DNA of 64,000 bases, taken from the IMG/VR virus record IMGVR_UViG_3300032233_002657, positions 1 to 64,000 of that record. The stretch is one strand, 5' to 3'. Both the position numbers and the translations under genes were made by a program. The notes below the pieces were generated by a model. The model was not told the origin of the DNA and ran no database searches. It saw only the letters and a program-made list of their open reading frames with translations. Source of the stretch: a virus. Its lineage: Duplodnaviria; Caudoviricetes. Below, piece after piece: positions 21,201 to 30,567 of the stretch (its first letter is position 1; every line of letters begins with the position of its first letter).

Positions 21201-21414
21201 CTTTAAAGTAGAGCAAATCAGAGTATGAGTCTACAACTATGTCATCATCTGTTCCAGCTAGAGCTTTAGCACACTGATAAAAATCAGGACCTACCTTAGG
21301 TATGACACCGGAGTGCTCAGAAGGGAATAAAAAAGGCCAGCTCAAAAGAGGTCCGGCCTTGTTTATTAGCTTTACAAAATTACCATAAGTGCACTCACTA
21401 TTAAAATCATTCAC
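18223..21414 (-). CDS. family A DNA polymerase with N-terminal UDG-like and 3'-5' exonuclease domains
   Basis: UDG4-like IIGKCP/YLTYVVK/PDFILLTG/NPSFVLR; exo AIDLEW, FDTLLAAH, YGCYDAD; pol TGRASS..PNMQN, ADYTGAEL, RTAAKAVVFGYAYG, NFPIQS, QVHDA. Confidence 0.92.
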   Translation of the reverse strand: MNDFNSECTYGNFVKLINKAGPLLSWPFLFPSEHSGVIPKVGPDFYQCAKALAGTDDDIVVDSYSDLLYFKALYQQGFSLPVSLNGNIINANFVPGCGWMDNCRVGPFRKYKYMIIGKCPSIYDIKYNKVNFGLSSDLLWDALSSEGFNKPDFYLTYVVKHQLLDPSSGNLKAVWINNCAPILKLELMLTLPDFILLTGDEAMKAILGRDNKLSTASGKVFDVPIPLADGGVHIAKAIACVNPSFVLRYPEHIDRFNSSIAHFSAVCRGDEFLSTETGINHFSVRTIERLLYVRDEIMKEAAPVIAIDLEWQGAWPGEKGAYVRTLQLSWKPGVACSIIVNEAGGGFCFEGGPEALKAILNTIFHPTDGRIIRVVGHYLTADMPWLQSLGVDIHTLFEAPCDDLVFDSADGYKFGFEKTKHVGGFDTLLAAHSVNETDIFNLEEQAVRYCGVPRWEGPIIEWRKSYCKAKGIKDSELGGYGDCPDDVIVPYGCYDADVTRRLFDYFNGVGEEPGKLDKDKYGNNCRVPFWLSMRAYPSFIEMRQKGILIDEAMVHSLTESYDKLYGNLLEKLRVSIGWPDFNPSSAFHKRELLFGEKLSGRRDASGNPIRQRPAEALSLEILPYKSTGTGSKGKLWAQLVAKSEEHLYMASADRESLTILAEAHPVVEMLRDVRALHYLRTTVLRSPDCDDDGNEKVDSEGDVVYDKGLLSYIHEDKRVRSMFSQTKETGRASSSKPNMQNLGKTIEEKYKAIFIAHGKDLGLNYTYPLRSVISAKPGCVLVEADYTGAELAIMAWQSGDKNMIDHVRRANLPESHPDYYDIHSNVAVNTFKLKCPATKKGLKDIGKAGMRTAAKAVVFGYAYGQGAESTARKAKQEGVIISVNEAQELIDGLVAMYPRLPMYFNECKARVTDPGWMSNCFGRYRRFAPSKDRAVVAEYERQSMNFPIQSAVADAMSCALDHIHTHRKTATTNLRYDIILQVHDAVILEVPYECVEEVVDKVLPMCMSDKVSVYSCGLDGAMRVGDCGPFHLGIATEVFTKWSIPLTKEDCKVMGIPERFAQH

Positions 21415-22465
21415 TGGGCCACTCCTTTAAAGTGTCTGGCAGGGTGACACCCATGTTTATTGCTACTGATTGGAGACGTCTCCACAACTCATCCCTTAGA
21501 GAATCTGGGTCTTCCTTTGAAGCCATAGGTATTTTAATAACTACAGACCTAGGCGCTGACTGCTGAACTTTATCTACAAGAGCGTCTGCCTTGTAGGAAG
21601 CATCCCCATCAAGGGCTATAGCTATAACCTTACCATTAAAGAACTCACCAATAAGGTTAAGCTGACCCTGGCTGCAGTCGCTTCCAAAGATGGCTACCCC
21701 TGAAGGTCCTACAGCCCACACGTCTATAGGGCCTTCGCATATAACAACCACGTTCTGGCTCTTTGCGTTATCCAGATTATACAGAAGCATAGACTTCTTC
21801 ATACCTGGCGGGTTGATATATTTCTGTTTCTTTCTTAATGGGTCGTCTGTAATTATTCGTCCTTGATACCCCATTAATTTCCCATTTTGAAAGACTGGTA
21901 TGTAAATTCTTTCTCTATGGTTTGGAATAGCCTCTTCAGTTATCCAGCCTACACCTAAGTACTTCTCCAAAATCTTAGGGTTATAACCCCTTTGAGTTAT
22001 GTAGTTTAAAGCTTCGTGGCCTTCTTTAAGGGCAGACAAGGGTACGCACCTATCTGGTGGTCTAATCTCTGTTAGAGCCGTTATCTGCTCATGAGTCATT
22101 ATCTTATTATGCACCGGCAAAGACACTGGAGAAGAAGTGTTAAACAACCACAGATGAAGCTGGTCAAGCCTCATGCGGCCGATCTCTCCCCGAGTGCAGG
22201 CTGTTTCATTAAAGCAGTTAGCCATGTGCCGGTTCTCAAACCATCTATGGTTTATATAAAGCCTATGCCTAGTATCACTGCACCATGGGCAGCACACTCT
22301 GTAATACTCACCGTGAAGTAAGCAAACAGGCTTCTCACCATTGGAGCTAGGCTTCATAACCATAGCAGTACCACGGTTATTAACATACACCTTCCCAAAG
22401 ACTTTCTTTAACCTAAAGTAAAGCTCTGGGCACAATACGTCGTCATAGTCTACAGATGTGCTCAT
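21407..22465 (-). CDS. DnaG-type primase (Zn finger + TOPRIM)
   Basis: CCPWC..HRLY..NCFN; YQGR; ICEGPID; ALDGD. Confidence 0.85.
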   Translation of the reverse strand: MSTSVDYDDVLCPELYFRLKKVFGKVYVNNRGTAMVMKPSSNGEKPVCLLHGEYYRVCCPWCSDTRHRLYINHRWFENRHMANCFNETACTRGEIGRMRLDQLHLWLFNTSSPVSLPVHNKIMTHEQITALTEIRPPDRCVPLSALKEGHEALNYITQRGYNPKILEKYLGVGWITEEAIPNHRERIYIPVFQNGKLMGYQGRIITDDPLRKKQKYINPPGMKKSMLLYNLDNAKSQNVVVICEGPIDVWAVGPSGVAIFGSDCSQGQLNLIGEFFNGKVIAIALDGDASYKADALVDKVQQSAPRSVVIKIPMASKEDPDSLRDELWRRLQSVAINMGVTLPDTLKEWPSE

Positions 22466-22474
22466 AGTTCTCCT

Positions 22475-24124
22475 TTAAGAGTCTCTGTCATTTGAGTCTT
22501 CTTCCTTAAATTTGCCTCTGGAAGACACGTCCATAGAAGACCCAGAGTAAGATGCTTTAACAAATCCAGCATGCTCGTCTATGACCCAGTTGTTATCTAA
22601 GCTAAAAGAGCTAGTCTCTCCATCAAACTTAACAACTACATAACTTTTAGTGGGAGTCTCATCGCTACGAAGCTTTGAAGCATCCATGCGCTGAACTCCG
22701 CTCTCCTCATGCTTTTGGCCTAAACAAAATACTCTATGCACGTTTTCACCGAAGTCTTTACTCTCAGAAGAGTGGGAATGGTGTAACGCTTTTCCAGGCC
22801 TTATGCTGTTGGCTTCGCCGCTTATCTGATGAAGTAGCCATACTACGCAGTTATGCTTTATGCCTATGCCTACGGACAGCTCAGCTGGAACTCTGCGAAT
22901 AAAATGCCTTAGATTCTCCATCTTGTTACCAGTAGCTGCGATATGCCTGTCCGCCATTAGCTTTACATAGTCAACGCATACAGTGCCTATCTGCACTTTG
23001 TTAGCTGCTACATACTTATCTATCTGAGATATTAACTCATTAGTAAAGCCCTTGCCTAGCTTAGCAGGAGTGCTACCACTCATGTCCAGAATCTGCGTGT
23101 ACCTATTAACTAAACCTTTAATACTTGCAAACCTTTCAACTTCGGGTATGCGCATAGACTCATCTTTAGTTAACGCGTACCTTCGAAGCTCGTAGTCTCT
23201 TAGAGTTTCTCTAGTAGATAGAGGCAGGCCATTTACAAGGTGCTCCTTTATGATCTGTTCAGGTATCTTAGATAGGCAAGCGGCTAGCCTAAACCGAATA
23301 ACATCAATACTACCTTCGTAATTTACGTAGATACCAACCTTAGGTATATAAGGCGTATTTTCCTTTATGCACTTTATCTCCCTGGCGTGCTCGCGAGCGC
23401 AGTTATTAGCTATTACGTTTATACCCATCCAAGTCTTACCAGAACCAAACCCACCTAGAATAGCGTACACGTCTCCAGCGTTAGTGCCGCCCGTCATAAA
23501 CTTATCAAAGTAAGGAAGGCCTAAAGGGTCTCCTATCTTAGTAGCAGGCTTCCATAGAGTTGGAATAACGTCGCACATTGCTGACTCGTTCATGGACTGA
23601 ATAGACTGGTTTATGTCAGTGAACTTGTTAAAGAAAGCGTTAGCATCTTTAACTACAGTCTGAACTGCAGAAGTAGAACTAAGCTGGCTGTAAAGCTTAT
23701 CGTGAATAGCTCTTTCATTTAAAAACCTTTGCAGAGTTTCTCTGCATAGCTTTCGATTGGCTTCAACTCCGTCTTTACCATAATCAAAAGCACTATCGAC
23801 TATTTTAAAAATTTGGTCCTTTAAATTATAACCGCCTATAGAAGGGCTGCCCCTAACCTCAGATAGGTCACTTACTATGCACTTTATCATCTCAGAGGTT
23901 GGGGCCTCGTTGAATTCGGTGTGATAGAACTTAAGGGCTTTGATTATTATTCTGTACGGTTTCTCGTCAGAGGAAAAGTACTCTTCGTTAAAATGCGGTA
24001 TGCATTCCAGCATAAGACTAGAATCAACTATTATATGCTTAATTACAAAATCAACAGTTGAAGCGTCGATTCTGTATACTGTTTCAACCATTTCAGGTGA
24101 TCTTCTGTCTACGTAACCATCCAT
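22475..24124 (-). CDS. DnaB-like replicative helicase
   Basis: Walker A GGFGSGKT, NYEG, CVDYV, LHQ, KLR. Confidence 0.8.
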   Translation of the reverse strand: MDGYVDRRSPEMVETVYRIDASTVDFVIKHIIVDSSLMLECIPHFNEEYFSSDEKPYRIIIKALKFYHTEFNEAPTSEMIKCIVSDLSEVRGSPSIGGYNLKDQIFKIVDSAFDYGKDGVEANRKLCRETLQRFLNERAIHDKLYSQLSSTSAVQTVVKDANAFFNKFTDINQSIQSMNESAMCDVIPTLWKPATKIGDPLGLPYFDKFMTGGTNAGDVYAILGGFGSGKTWMGINVIANNCAREHAREIKCIKENTPYIPKVGIYVNYEGSIDVIRFRLAACLSKIPEQIIKEHLVNGLPLSTRETLRDYELRRYALTKDESMRIPEVERFASIKGLVNRYTQILDMSGSTPAKLGKGFTNELISQIDKYVAANKVQIGTVCVDYVKLMADRHIAATGNKMENLRHFIRRVPAELSVGIGIKHNCVVWLLHQISGEANSIRPGKALHHSHSSESKDFGENVHRVFCLGQKHEESGVQRMDASKLRSDETPTKSYVVVKFDGETSSFSLDNNWVIDEHAGFVKASYSGSSMDVSSRGKFKEEDSNDRDS

Positions 24125-24132
24125 GTTAACCC

Positions 24133-24840
24133 CTATAAAATTAGATTATTCGTGCTAATAAGTAGGCTGGCTCTTTCTTTACGGAGAGAGTTAATAGCCA
24201 AGTCCCTGAACGAAGTGTGTATAGATTTAGACCATACAGCTTCGTACACGTCCATTCGCATGAGATAATCTTCTTCGGCTAAACCTATAATTAAAGGGTC
24301 TATGAAAGCCGAATCACTCATAAACATTATCGTGTTGACTTTGTAAAAAGGCGAAACATCACATCCGGCAATAATATCTACAACAGATTGCTCAGATGTT
24401 AGGAAGTCACGCATTCTAGTGACCTCTATATTAGTTACTTGCCTGTAGGAATTAAGAAGGTTTAAGACTTCCTGCTTTTCCTGTTCTCTGCGCTGCACTG
24501 TAAGTCTTACAGCTCTATCTCCGTAGCACGCGCTAGCGGAAGGAGCCCCTCCGGAGACGGTGGCAAACTGCGCCCTTATTAGCTCCAATATGGTAACTCT
24601 GTTTGAACTTACAGTCTCAGCTATTCTCGGCCAGACAGGCTTGTAGTCTTTTCCGTCTCTACTTAATACTGCTTCTCCAGGCCTGGGCCTACCTGAAGAA
24701 GTACCGTCATATCTAGCCAACTTGCCTTTACCATAGTTAGAAGATTGTCCCTTTGATCTGTTGAAACTTCGCATATGCATACAGTAAACACGCCTAGCTT
24801 CCAAAGCCAAAACGTCCATGCTTACTTGGTCACTCATCAA
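24133..24840 (-). CDS. hypothetical protein
   Basis: ORF track; between helicases. Confidence 0.7.
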   Translation of the reverse strand: MMSDQVSMDVLALEARRVYCMHMRSFNRSKGQSSNYGKGKLARYDGTSSGRPRPGEAVLSRDGKDYKPVWPRIAETVSSNRVTILELIRAQFATVSGGAPSASACYGDRAVRLTVQRREQEKQEVLNLLNSYRQVTNIEVTRMRDFLTSEQSVVDIIAGCDVSPFYKVNTIMFMSDSAFIDPLIIGLAEEDYLMRMDVYEAVWSKSIHTSFRDLAINSLRKERASLLISTNNLIL

Positions 24841-26365
24841 ATGCCTCCTCTAAAACCTCTACAGCGTCATCAGGCAGCAGCCGCCCATTAGACATAGTTA
24901 TCTCTTCCCACCCCATTTTTCTATAGCTAACTCTTCTGCTTCTGCTTCTGTTCTGGAATGTAAAGTCAAAGTTGTCCATGAAGTCTATTACTACTCCAAA
25001 CTCTTTACCCGACGCTTCGTGCTTTCGGGCTACGCGGCCAGGAGCTTGAATGTCCACAATTTTACTAGCCCTAGCGTCTGCTCTTATCAGAACAGCTAAC
25101 TGGGCAAAGTCTACACCTGTACTCCAGACATCGGTGCTTATAACCTTCTTCAGAGTTCCACGTTCAAACCCAAGCCTCATTTCTTCTCGCTTAGCTGGTA
25201 CCATCAAAGGCTCTGTATGGTCTAGCATTCCTTTAGCTACATACCTGCTATAGTCGGCAGGGTCCATGCTGTCGTAACAAAGCTTGAACTCTGGTAAGAA
25301 CTGCTTCAAATGAACTGCGTGTTCAATGGATTTTACCATTATGAGGACTTGATCGTCTTTCGTGTATTCTCTGGCTTTGTCCGCTATCACCTTGTTCCTA
25401 ATCTCATTGCGCCATATGCCCCACCGCTCTCTTGTAACTCCTGTGAGATCTGCACAAGGGCTTGTTCCATCCCCATCAACCGCAACCCATTCTACTTTTA
25501 TAGGAACTACTAAGTTAACATCTACAGCATCGCTGTAAGACAGCTCAAATATTCTGGGTCCAAATATAGCCTCAAGCATAAAGTGAGCGCCATCCATCCT
25601 GCCATCAGGAGACGCAGTAAACCCAAACTTACGAGTCCTTAAAAACTTACCAAGCTCATGCTGATAAGTTGGAGCCACCGCCTCATGTACTTCGTCATAC
25701 AAGAGTATGTCTGCAAGGCCTTCGTCTGTATGAGATATTCGGTGCATACTATCGGCGGTGATTACGGTAACTCGCTCCCAGTTACAGTTACCGCTACCTA
25801 CCATTCCCAGCTTTGGTATAAACTTAGATAGCCCGCCATATATACGCTTCATAACGTCTACGCGCTTTGTAACTATTTGTATTTTTGCATTAGGGTAGAC
25901 CAGGCAGATCGCCGAAAACATAAAAGACTTACCGAACCCGGTAGGCCCAACTATTATGCCTCCTTCGCTCGTAAGAAGCTCGGCCAAGCACTCGTCTTGT
26001 TTATCTTTTAACTGTATGCGACCTGAGAGTCTATCAAGGTCGTACTGAAAAGCCGGGCCTCTTTGATACTCAGCGTCTATGTCTACCCTCTTGACTGAGT
26101 ACCCAAGGCTCTTTGCGTCTCGTTCCAGCTTAGACATAAAACCCTTAGGGCATACTAAGTTACCCTTTAGGTCGTACTGAAACACTCTTCTTATCTCAGT
26201 GGACACACCGCTCTTTTTTGAGAAGTATGTGGGTTGATTAAAGGTACTGTGCGTGTAGCACAGCCTGCTTTCAAAAGCCTTAGTAAGATCTGCTGGAAGA
26301 CCTGGTCCAAACTCTGGAACCGATATTTGCAATAACGAATTGCCTGTAGTAAATACTACGTCCAT
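24830..26365 (-). CDS. SF2 DExH helicase (UvsW-like)
   Basis: GPTGFGKS, DEVH, TAS, STGVD, QAPGRVAR. Confidence 0.88.
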   Translation of the reverse strand: MDVVFTTGNSLLQISVPEFGPGLPADLTKAFESRLCYTHSTFNQPTYFSKKSGVSTEIRRVFQYDLKGNLVCPKGFMSKLERDAKSLGYSVKRVDIDAEYQRGPAFQYDLDRLSGRIQLKDKQDECLAELLTSEGGIIVGPTGFGKSFMFSAICLVYPNAKIQIVTKRVDVMKRIYGGLSKFIPKLGMVGSGNCNWERVTVITADSMHRISHTDEGLADILLYDEVHEAVAPTYQHELGKFLRTRKFGFTASPDGRMDGAHFMLEAIFGPRIFELSYSDAVDVNLVVPIKVEWVAVDGDGTSPCADLTGVTRERWGIWRNEIRNKVIADKAREYTKDDQVLIMVKSIEHAVHLKQFLPEFKLCYDSMDPADYSRYVAKGMLDHTEPLMVPAKREEMRLGFERGTLKKVISTDVWSTGVDFAQLAVLIRADARASKIVDIQAPGRVARKHEASGKEFGVVIDFMDNFDFTFQNRSRSRRVSYRKMGWEEITMSNGRLLPDDAVEVLEEAFDE

Positions 26366-26555
26366 GTAAACCTCTTCTGCCAGTCATGGCATAAGTATTG
26401 TTGCATGGGACCAATAAATATTGAGCCCACTAAGGTTAGAATCGAATTCTATTTATCTATCAGAGGGGTGTCAATCATCGATTAAAAAGTTAAAATAAAA
26501 TAAAATGCAAGACCTTTTAACAGAAAGACTTATAGTCTCAAATAAGATTAAATAA

Positions 26556-27470
26556 TTATTTTAACGATCTCCTGTGATTGGAAAATCCCAAAGAATCTAT
26601 TGAGTTGTTAAAAAATATGTCTGGCTCTAATATCTTCTCCATCCAATTATTAGGGTAGGGGTAAATGCAGTCTATCCAGGCAGTGTTTAAAAACTTTATA
26701 AAAAGTTGAGACATTCTTAAGACTCTTACCCAAGGTTTATGAGCTCCCCACCTTATGTTGCCTTCCCTTATTATGAACCATCCTGGCTTAGCCATGTCCT
26801 CAGGGCTACCTGTAAGCCCATCAGCCCAACAAGAGTAAACATCAAACTTTTTTACCAATTTTTCATCAGTCTGAGGCCCGTTGCACAAACCAAGCCATGC
26901 GTACAAGCGTGATAGCCTATTAGCGTGAGCTGGGTCTATGAACCACCTAGGGTCAGCTATTCTTGCCATTACCTTTGTAAAGAACATGTCATTAATATGA
27001 GGTATGAAATTCACATACCCCCAAACAGGATGTTGTTTCATTAGCTCGCATGCGCGTAAGTGAGATCCGCTGGTAGCAGACCGCATCAAAACTCCTACAC
27101 CGTAAGATATGCAGTCGTTCTGATTCATCTCATGCCATCCACCTAAAGAAGCTGGAAGGTTGGACATTCTCATTCGCATAAGACTGGAAGCTGCATCATC
27201 GCTTGAGCTTATAGAAGGACTACCCAGTTCTATTGACTTTATACAGCCTTTGGATTTAAGACCGTATAGCCTTACTATAAGCTCAGCGTTGGAGCTGCTA
27301 CCTAATATTCTTAAGCTGCTTGGGTATGCCCCAGACTTCTCTAGATTGCTTGTATATTCCTCAACCCCCATATGGGTACAGCTTGGCATCTTATCACCAG
27401 CTATTACCCATACCTCTCCATTACTATCGAGCGACAACTTATATACAGATCCTTCTATAGCCGTAGTCAT
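26556..27470 (-). CDS. protein with an IS110 C-terminal/Nop-like segment
   Basis: HPVWGYVNFIPHI...ARIADPRWF...SRLYAWLGL resembles the IS116/IS110/IS902 family motif. Confidence 0.45.
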   Translation of the reverse strand: MTTAIEGSVYKLSLDSNGEVWVIAGDKMPSCTHMGVEEYTSNLEKSGAYPSSLRILGSSSNAELIVRLYGLKSKGCIKSIELGSPSISSSDDAASSLMRMRMSNLPASLGGWHEMNQNDCISYGVGVLMRSATSGSHLRACELMKQHPVWGYVNFIPHINDMFFTKVMARIADPRWFIDPAHANRLSRLYAWLGLCNGPQTDEKLVKKFDVYSCWADGLTGSPEDMAKPGWFIIREGNIRWGAHKPWVRVLRMSQLFIKFLNTAWIDCIYPYPNNWMEKILEPDIFFNNSIDSLGFSNHRRSLK

Positions 27471-27473
27471 CTA

Positions 27474-29588
27474 TCACCTTTTTGTACAGAGAAGCCTATG
27501 ATCGCACATTCTCTCGATAGCCTTTCTGTGGCTAACTATAAGAACTTGCAAACCACAAGATTTAGACATAGCTCTCATCCTAGAGAATGCAGTTTCAATG
27601 CACTCTAAGTTAGCTTCATCTAGAGCATCTGTAGGCTCGTCCAAAACCAAGAGGTTTAGTCCAGCGCCTATTTCAAAATGTACTGCCAGCCTAAACGCTA
27701 AAGACAGCACACCTAGCTCTCCGCCTGAAAGCCTTCCCACTGGTAGGTCTCTTCCGTCTATAAACTTTGCCCAGAAGACTAAGTCATCGTCAGAGTAAAT
27801 TCTAAACGGTGCGCTAAAATCTTCTAAGTAGTTGTTAGCTTTAACAACAGTCCGCTTAAGATAGTTTACCGTAAGTTTCCTTGGTAGGTTAGTCTTATGC
27901 ATCACCGTTTTTAAATTTTCTAGATGATCTTTAATTTCTTTATTTACATTGGCTTCGCTTATATCTCCAATTATTTTTTCTCTTCTTGATTCCAGGTACA
28001 CTATAGATTCTTTTAAAGATCTTTCCTGCTCCTGAAATCTAATACTCTTTTCTTTATTAACTGCTATATCGGCTATTCTTAAGGACAACTCTCTGTCTAT
28101 CTTTGCGTAGTCTATAGAGGTGTCGCATAAATGTTTCTTAGAATCTATTAGAGCAGTTAACGTAGCTATAGAAGCTTCTGCAGAAACTATACTTGAGTCA
28201 AGCCTTGCTAGCTCACTAGAAGCTGCGTTGTAATTTATTCTAATCTCGTTAAAAGTAGCTATAAACTTATCAGCTTCGCTTTCGCTTACAGTAGGCTCTT
28301 CAGGTCTTACCTCTTCCATTTTAGACTTTAATAAAGCGATTTGATTATTCAGTAAAGAGTAGTTAGTCTCATAATTTGATATTTGATTATCGTAGTCTCT
28401 ACTAGATTGATATAGCTCCCTCATAAGTTGTATGGTCGGCTCTAAAATGCTTATAGTCTCTTTAAGCGCGTCCATAGCTACCGCTAATGTTGACCCCGTG
28501 TTTCCACATACAGGGCATTCATTTTTAGTTTGCAGCTTATGTAAGCAATCTTGCTTAGCGCTAAGCGTGCCACACAACTCAGTAAGATGATCAAAGTCCT
28601 TTCCGCTTGAAGCTATGTAACCTTTTAACTTTTCAGGCTTAGAATCTATTAGCTCTTTAAGTCTACTCGACAGTAAGCTTTCAGTACTTCTGTTTGAAGC
28701 CATTCTTGAGTCATAGCCCGATATAGCACTCCATGCAGTCTTAGCTCTTTTATAATCGGAAAGCATGGCGTCAAAGTTGCCTACATCAAGCTCACTTAAC
28801 TTGTCTACTAGCGAAGGCCTTTTAACGTTTAGATCATTAAGCTCTTTGCTAACTTTAGACAAGCTGACGTTAGCTTCAACTATGCTAGTCTTAGTTGAAT
28901 TCTGACTTCTAATTAAATCAAGCTCAGACTTTAGATTTGAGTCATCCAGCTCCTGCTTATTCAAATCTACAATAGACTCTTTCAAAGAGTTAAGAATTAA
29001 ATTCTTTTCTCTAAGCTGAGCAGCTATGCTCTCTATAGTTTCAGAGGGGGTCTGCACTATTATTTTAGCCGCGCTTTTGCTTATCTCGTCATAACAAATT
29101 TCAGACCTCTGTAGGCCGTATAAAGACTGTAGAGCAGACAGCCTATCGCCTTTGCGCATGGTTATCGCGCCTAGCATATCGCCTTGGCGCACAAAGACGT
29201 AGTCAGACAGTATCTCAAACGATACGCCTATCAAGCCTTCTATAGCCGAAGCAATTTCTTTCTCTGATGTTATGGGCGTACCGCCGTCTATTACTAGAGA
29301 CCGCTTATTGGGTCTTAGATACCTAGTTATTACTGCAGAGTTAGAGTCAGTAGAGAAATGAAGCTCTACAAAGCTTTCTTCTTTTTCTGAACAGAATTGA
29401 TTGATGTTATCTCCCATGACACCGTCGTTACGCTTGAAGTCCCCAGTTAAGGCTGCGTATATGGCGGTAAGGGCGCTTGATTTTCCAGAACCATTTTCTC
29501 CGGATATTGAGGTTATGCCATCAGAGAATACCCAGTCGAGCTCTCTGTGGTAGCAGAAGTTTTTAAGCCTTAACCTATCTAATCTCAT
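27474..29588 (-). CDS. sbcC: SbcC/Rad50-like ATPase
   Basis: GENGSGKS, CPVC zinc hook, LSGGE, LVLDEP, VSH; start adjusted to MRLDRLRLKNF. Confidence 0.88.
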   Translation of the reverse strand: MRLDRLRLKNFCYHRELDWVFSDGITSISGENGSGKSSALTAIYAALTGDFKRNDGVMGDNINQFCSEKEESFVELHFSTDSNSAVITRYLRPNKRSLVIDGGTPITSEKEIASAIEGLIGVSFEILSDYVFVRQGDMLGAITMRKGDRLSALQSLYGLQRSEICYDEISKSAAKIIVQTPSETIESIAAQLREKNLILNSLKESIVDLNKQELDDSNLKSELDLIRSQNSTKTSIVEANVSLSKVSKELNDLNVKRPSLVDKLSELDVGNFDAMLSDYKRAKTAWSAISGYDSRMASNRSTESLLSSRLKELIDSKPEKLKGYIASSGKDFDHLTELCGTLSAKQDCLHKLQTKNECPVCGNTGSTLAVAMDALKETISILEPTIQLMRELYQSSRDYDNQISNYETNYSLLNNQIALLKSKMEEVRPEEPTVSESEADKFIATFNEIRINYNAASSELARLDSSIVSAEASIATLTALIDSKKHLCDTSIDYAKIDRELSLRIADIAVNKEKSIRFQEQERSLKESIVYLESRREKIIGDISEANVNKEIKDHLENLKTVMHKTNLPRKLTVNYLKRTVVKANNYLEDFSAPFRIYSDDDLVFWAKFIDGRDLPVGRLSGGELGVLSLAFRLAVHFEIGAGLNLLVLDEPTDALDEANLECIETAFSRMRAMSKSCGLQVLIVSHRKAIERMCDHRLLCTKR

Positions 29589-29630
29589 AAGTTCTCCAAA
29601 TTGAACAAGATGGCGTAAGTATATATAAAA

Positions 29631-29660
29631 CAAGCCCTCTAGGAAATACTAGAGGGCTTG
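29631..29660. terminator. hairpin, possible terminator
   Basis: CAAGCCCTCTAG/CTAGAGGGCTTG. Confidence 0.55.
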
Positions 29661-29682
29661 ATAAGTAATTTTAATAAAATAG

Positions 29683-30519
29683 CTAAGCTATCATCGTGTA
29701 GCTATTTCCATCAGGCCCGACACGGGTACACCCAGTATGTATGCTTTCTCCAGTAGTGCCTGGAGGGCATGGCGAACACCCACTACCGGTAATGTATTGT
29801 TTTCCAATAGGGCACTTTAAACATTCTCCCTCTTCCCCAGCGTACCAGCCAGGAGGACACGGTTTACACTCCGGACAGTAGGATTTAGCATCGGGGTTTA
29901 GTGACATTATACATATAGGACACGGTCGCTGCATAATTTTATCAGGTGGAAATGCTGGCGGCGAAGGTGGAGGAGGTGGAGGTGGTTTAGGTATAGTAGG
30001 GTTTTTGTTAGGAGTGCCTTTTCCAGGGCTTGATTGTTTTATAGTATTTTGTTTTTTAGGCGTGTTCTTCACAAACTTTTTACTATTTTTTTTAGCGTTA
30101 ATTACAATGACTTTAGTGGCTAATGTAGGCTTACTAGTAGTAAAAGGCGTAATACGAGGTGGAATAGGATTACTAACAGTAACTACAGTAGTTGGAGCAG
30201 TTGGAGCATTCGGTTGAGTATTCATCTGAGCGTAGTTACGGGCAACCATAGCTGCGTACGCCGCGTCATTTGCTGCTTTTCTATCAGCAGCCTCTTTTTG
30301 AACTACAGCACTTGCAGCCTTATCTAAACTGTTTTGAATAGCTTGTGCTATACCTACTGCGTCTAAATCTAGGTTACCTCCAGGCATAGCTTGCTTCTGT
30401 AAAGCATCTAAACCCTTACTGTCATACGTAAAATAAGGCCAACTAACAGTAGCCGTTCTACCGTTGTAAACGTAAGTTATTGGACCAACATTTTTTGGAG
30501 GAAGAAGCGGAGCAGCCAT
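29683..30519 (-). CDS. Pro-rich protein with C-terminal CxxCPxG Cys repeats
   Basis: CKPCPPGWY, CLKCPIG, CSPCPPG. Confidence 0.65.
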   Translation of the reverse strand: MAAPLLPPKNVGPITYVYNGRTATVSWPYFTYDSKGLDALQKQAMPGGNLDLDAVGIAQAIQNSLDKAASAVVQKEAADRKAANDAAYAAMVARNYAQMNTQPNAPTAPTTVVTVSNPIPPRITPFTTSKPTLATKVIVINAKKNSKKFVKNTPKKQNTIKQSSPGKGTPNKNPTIPKPPPPPPPSPPAFPPDKIMQRPCPICIMSLNPDAKSYCPECKPCPPGWYAGEEGECLKCPIGKQYITGSGCSPCPPGTTGESIHTGCTRVGPDGNSYTMIA

Positions 30520-30567
30520 AGCATTATTTCTCCGTATGTCAGTTAAAATACTTTAGTGATAGCACAG

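Noticed and set aside
26366-26555. TIGR-like or bridge-RNA array next to the IS110/Nop-like gene
   Set aside because: No periodic repeat or clear structure visible in this AT-rich gap
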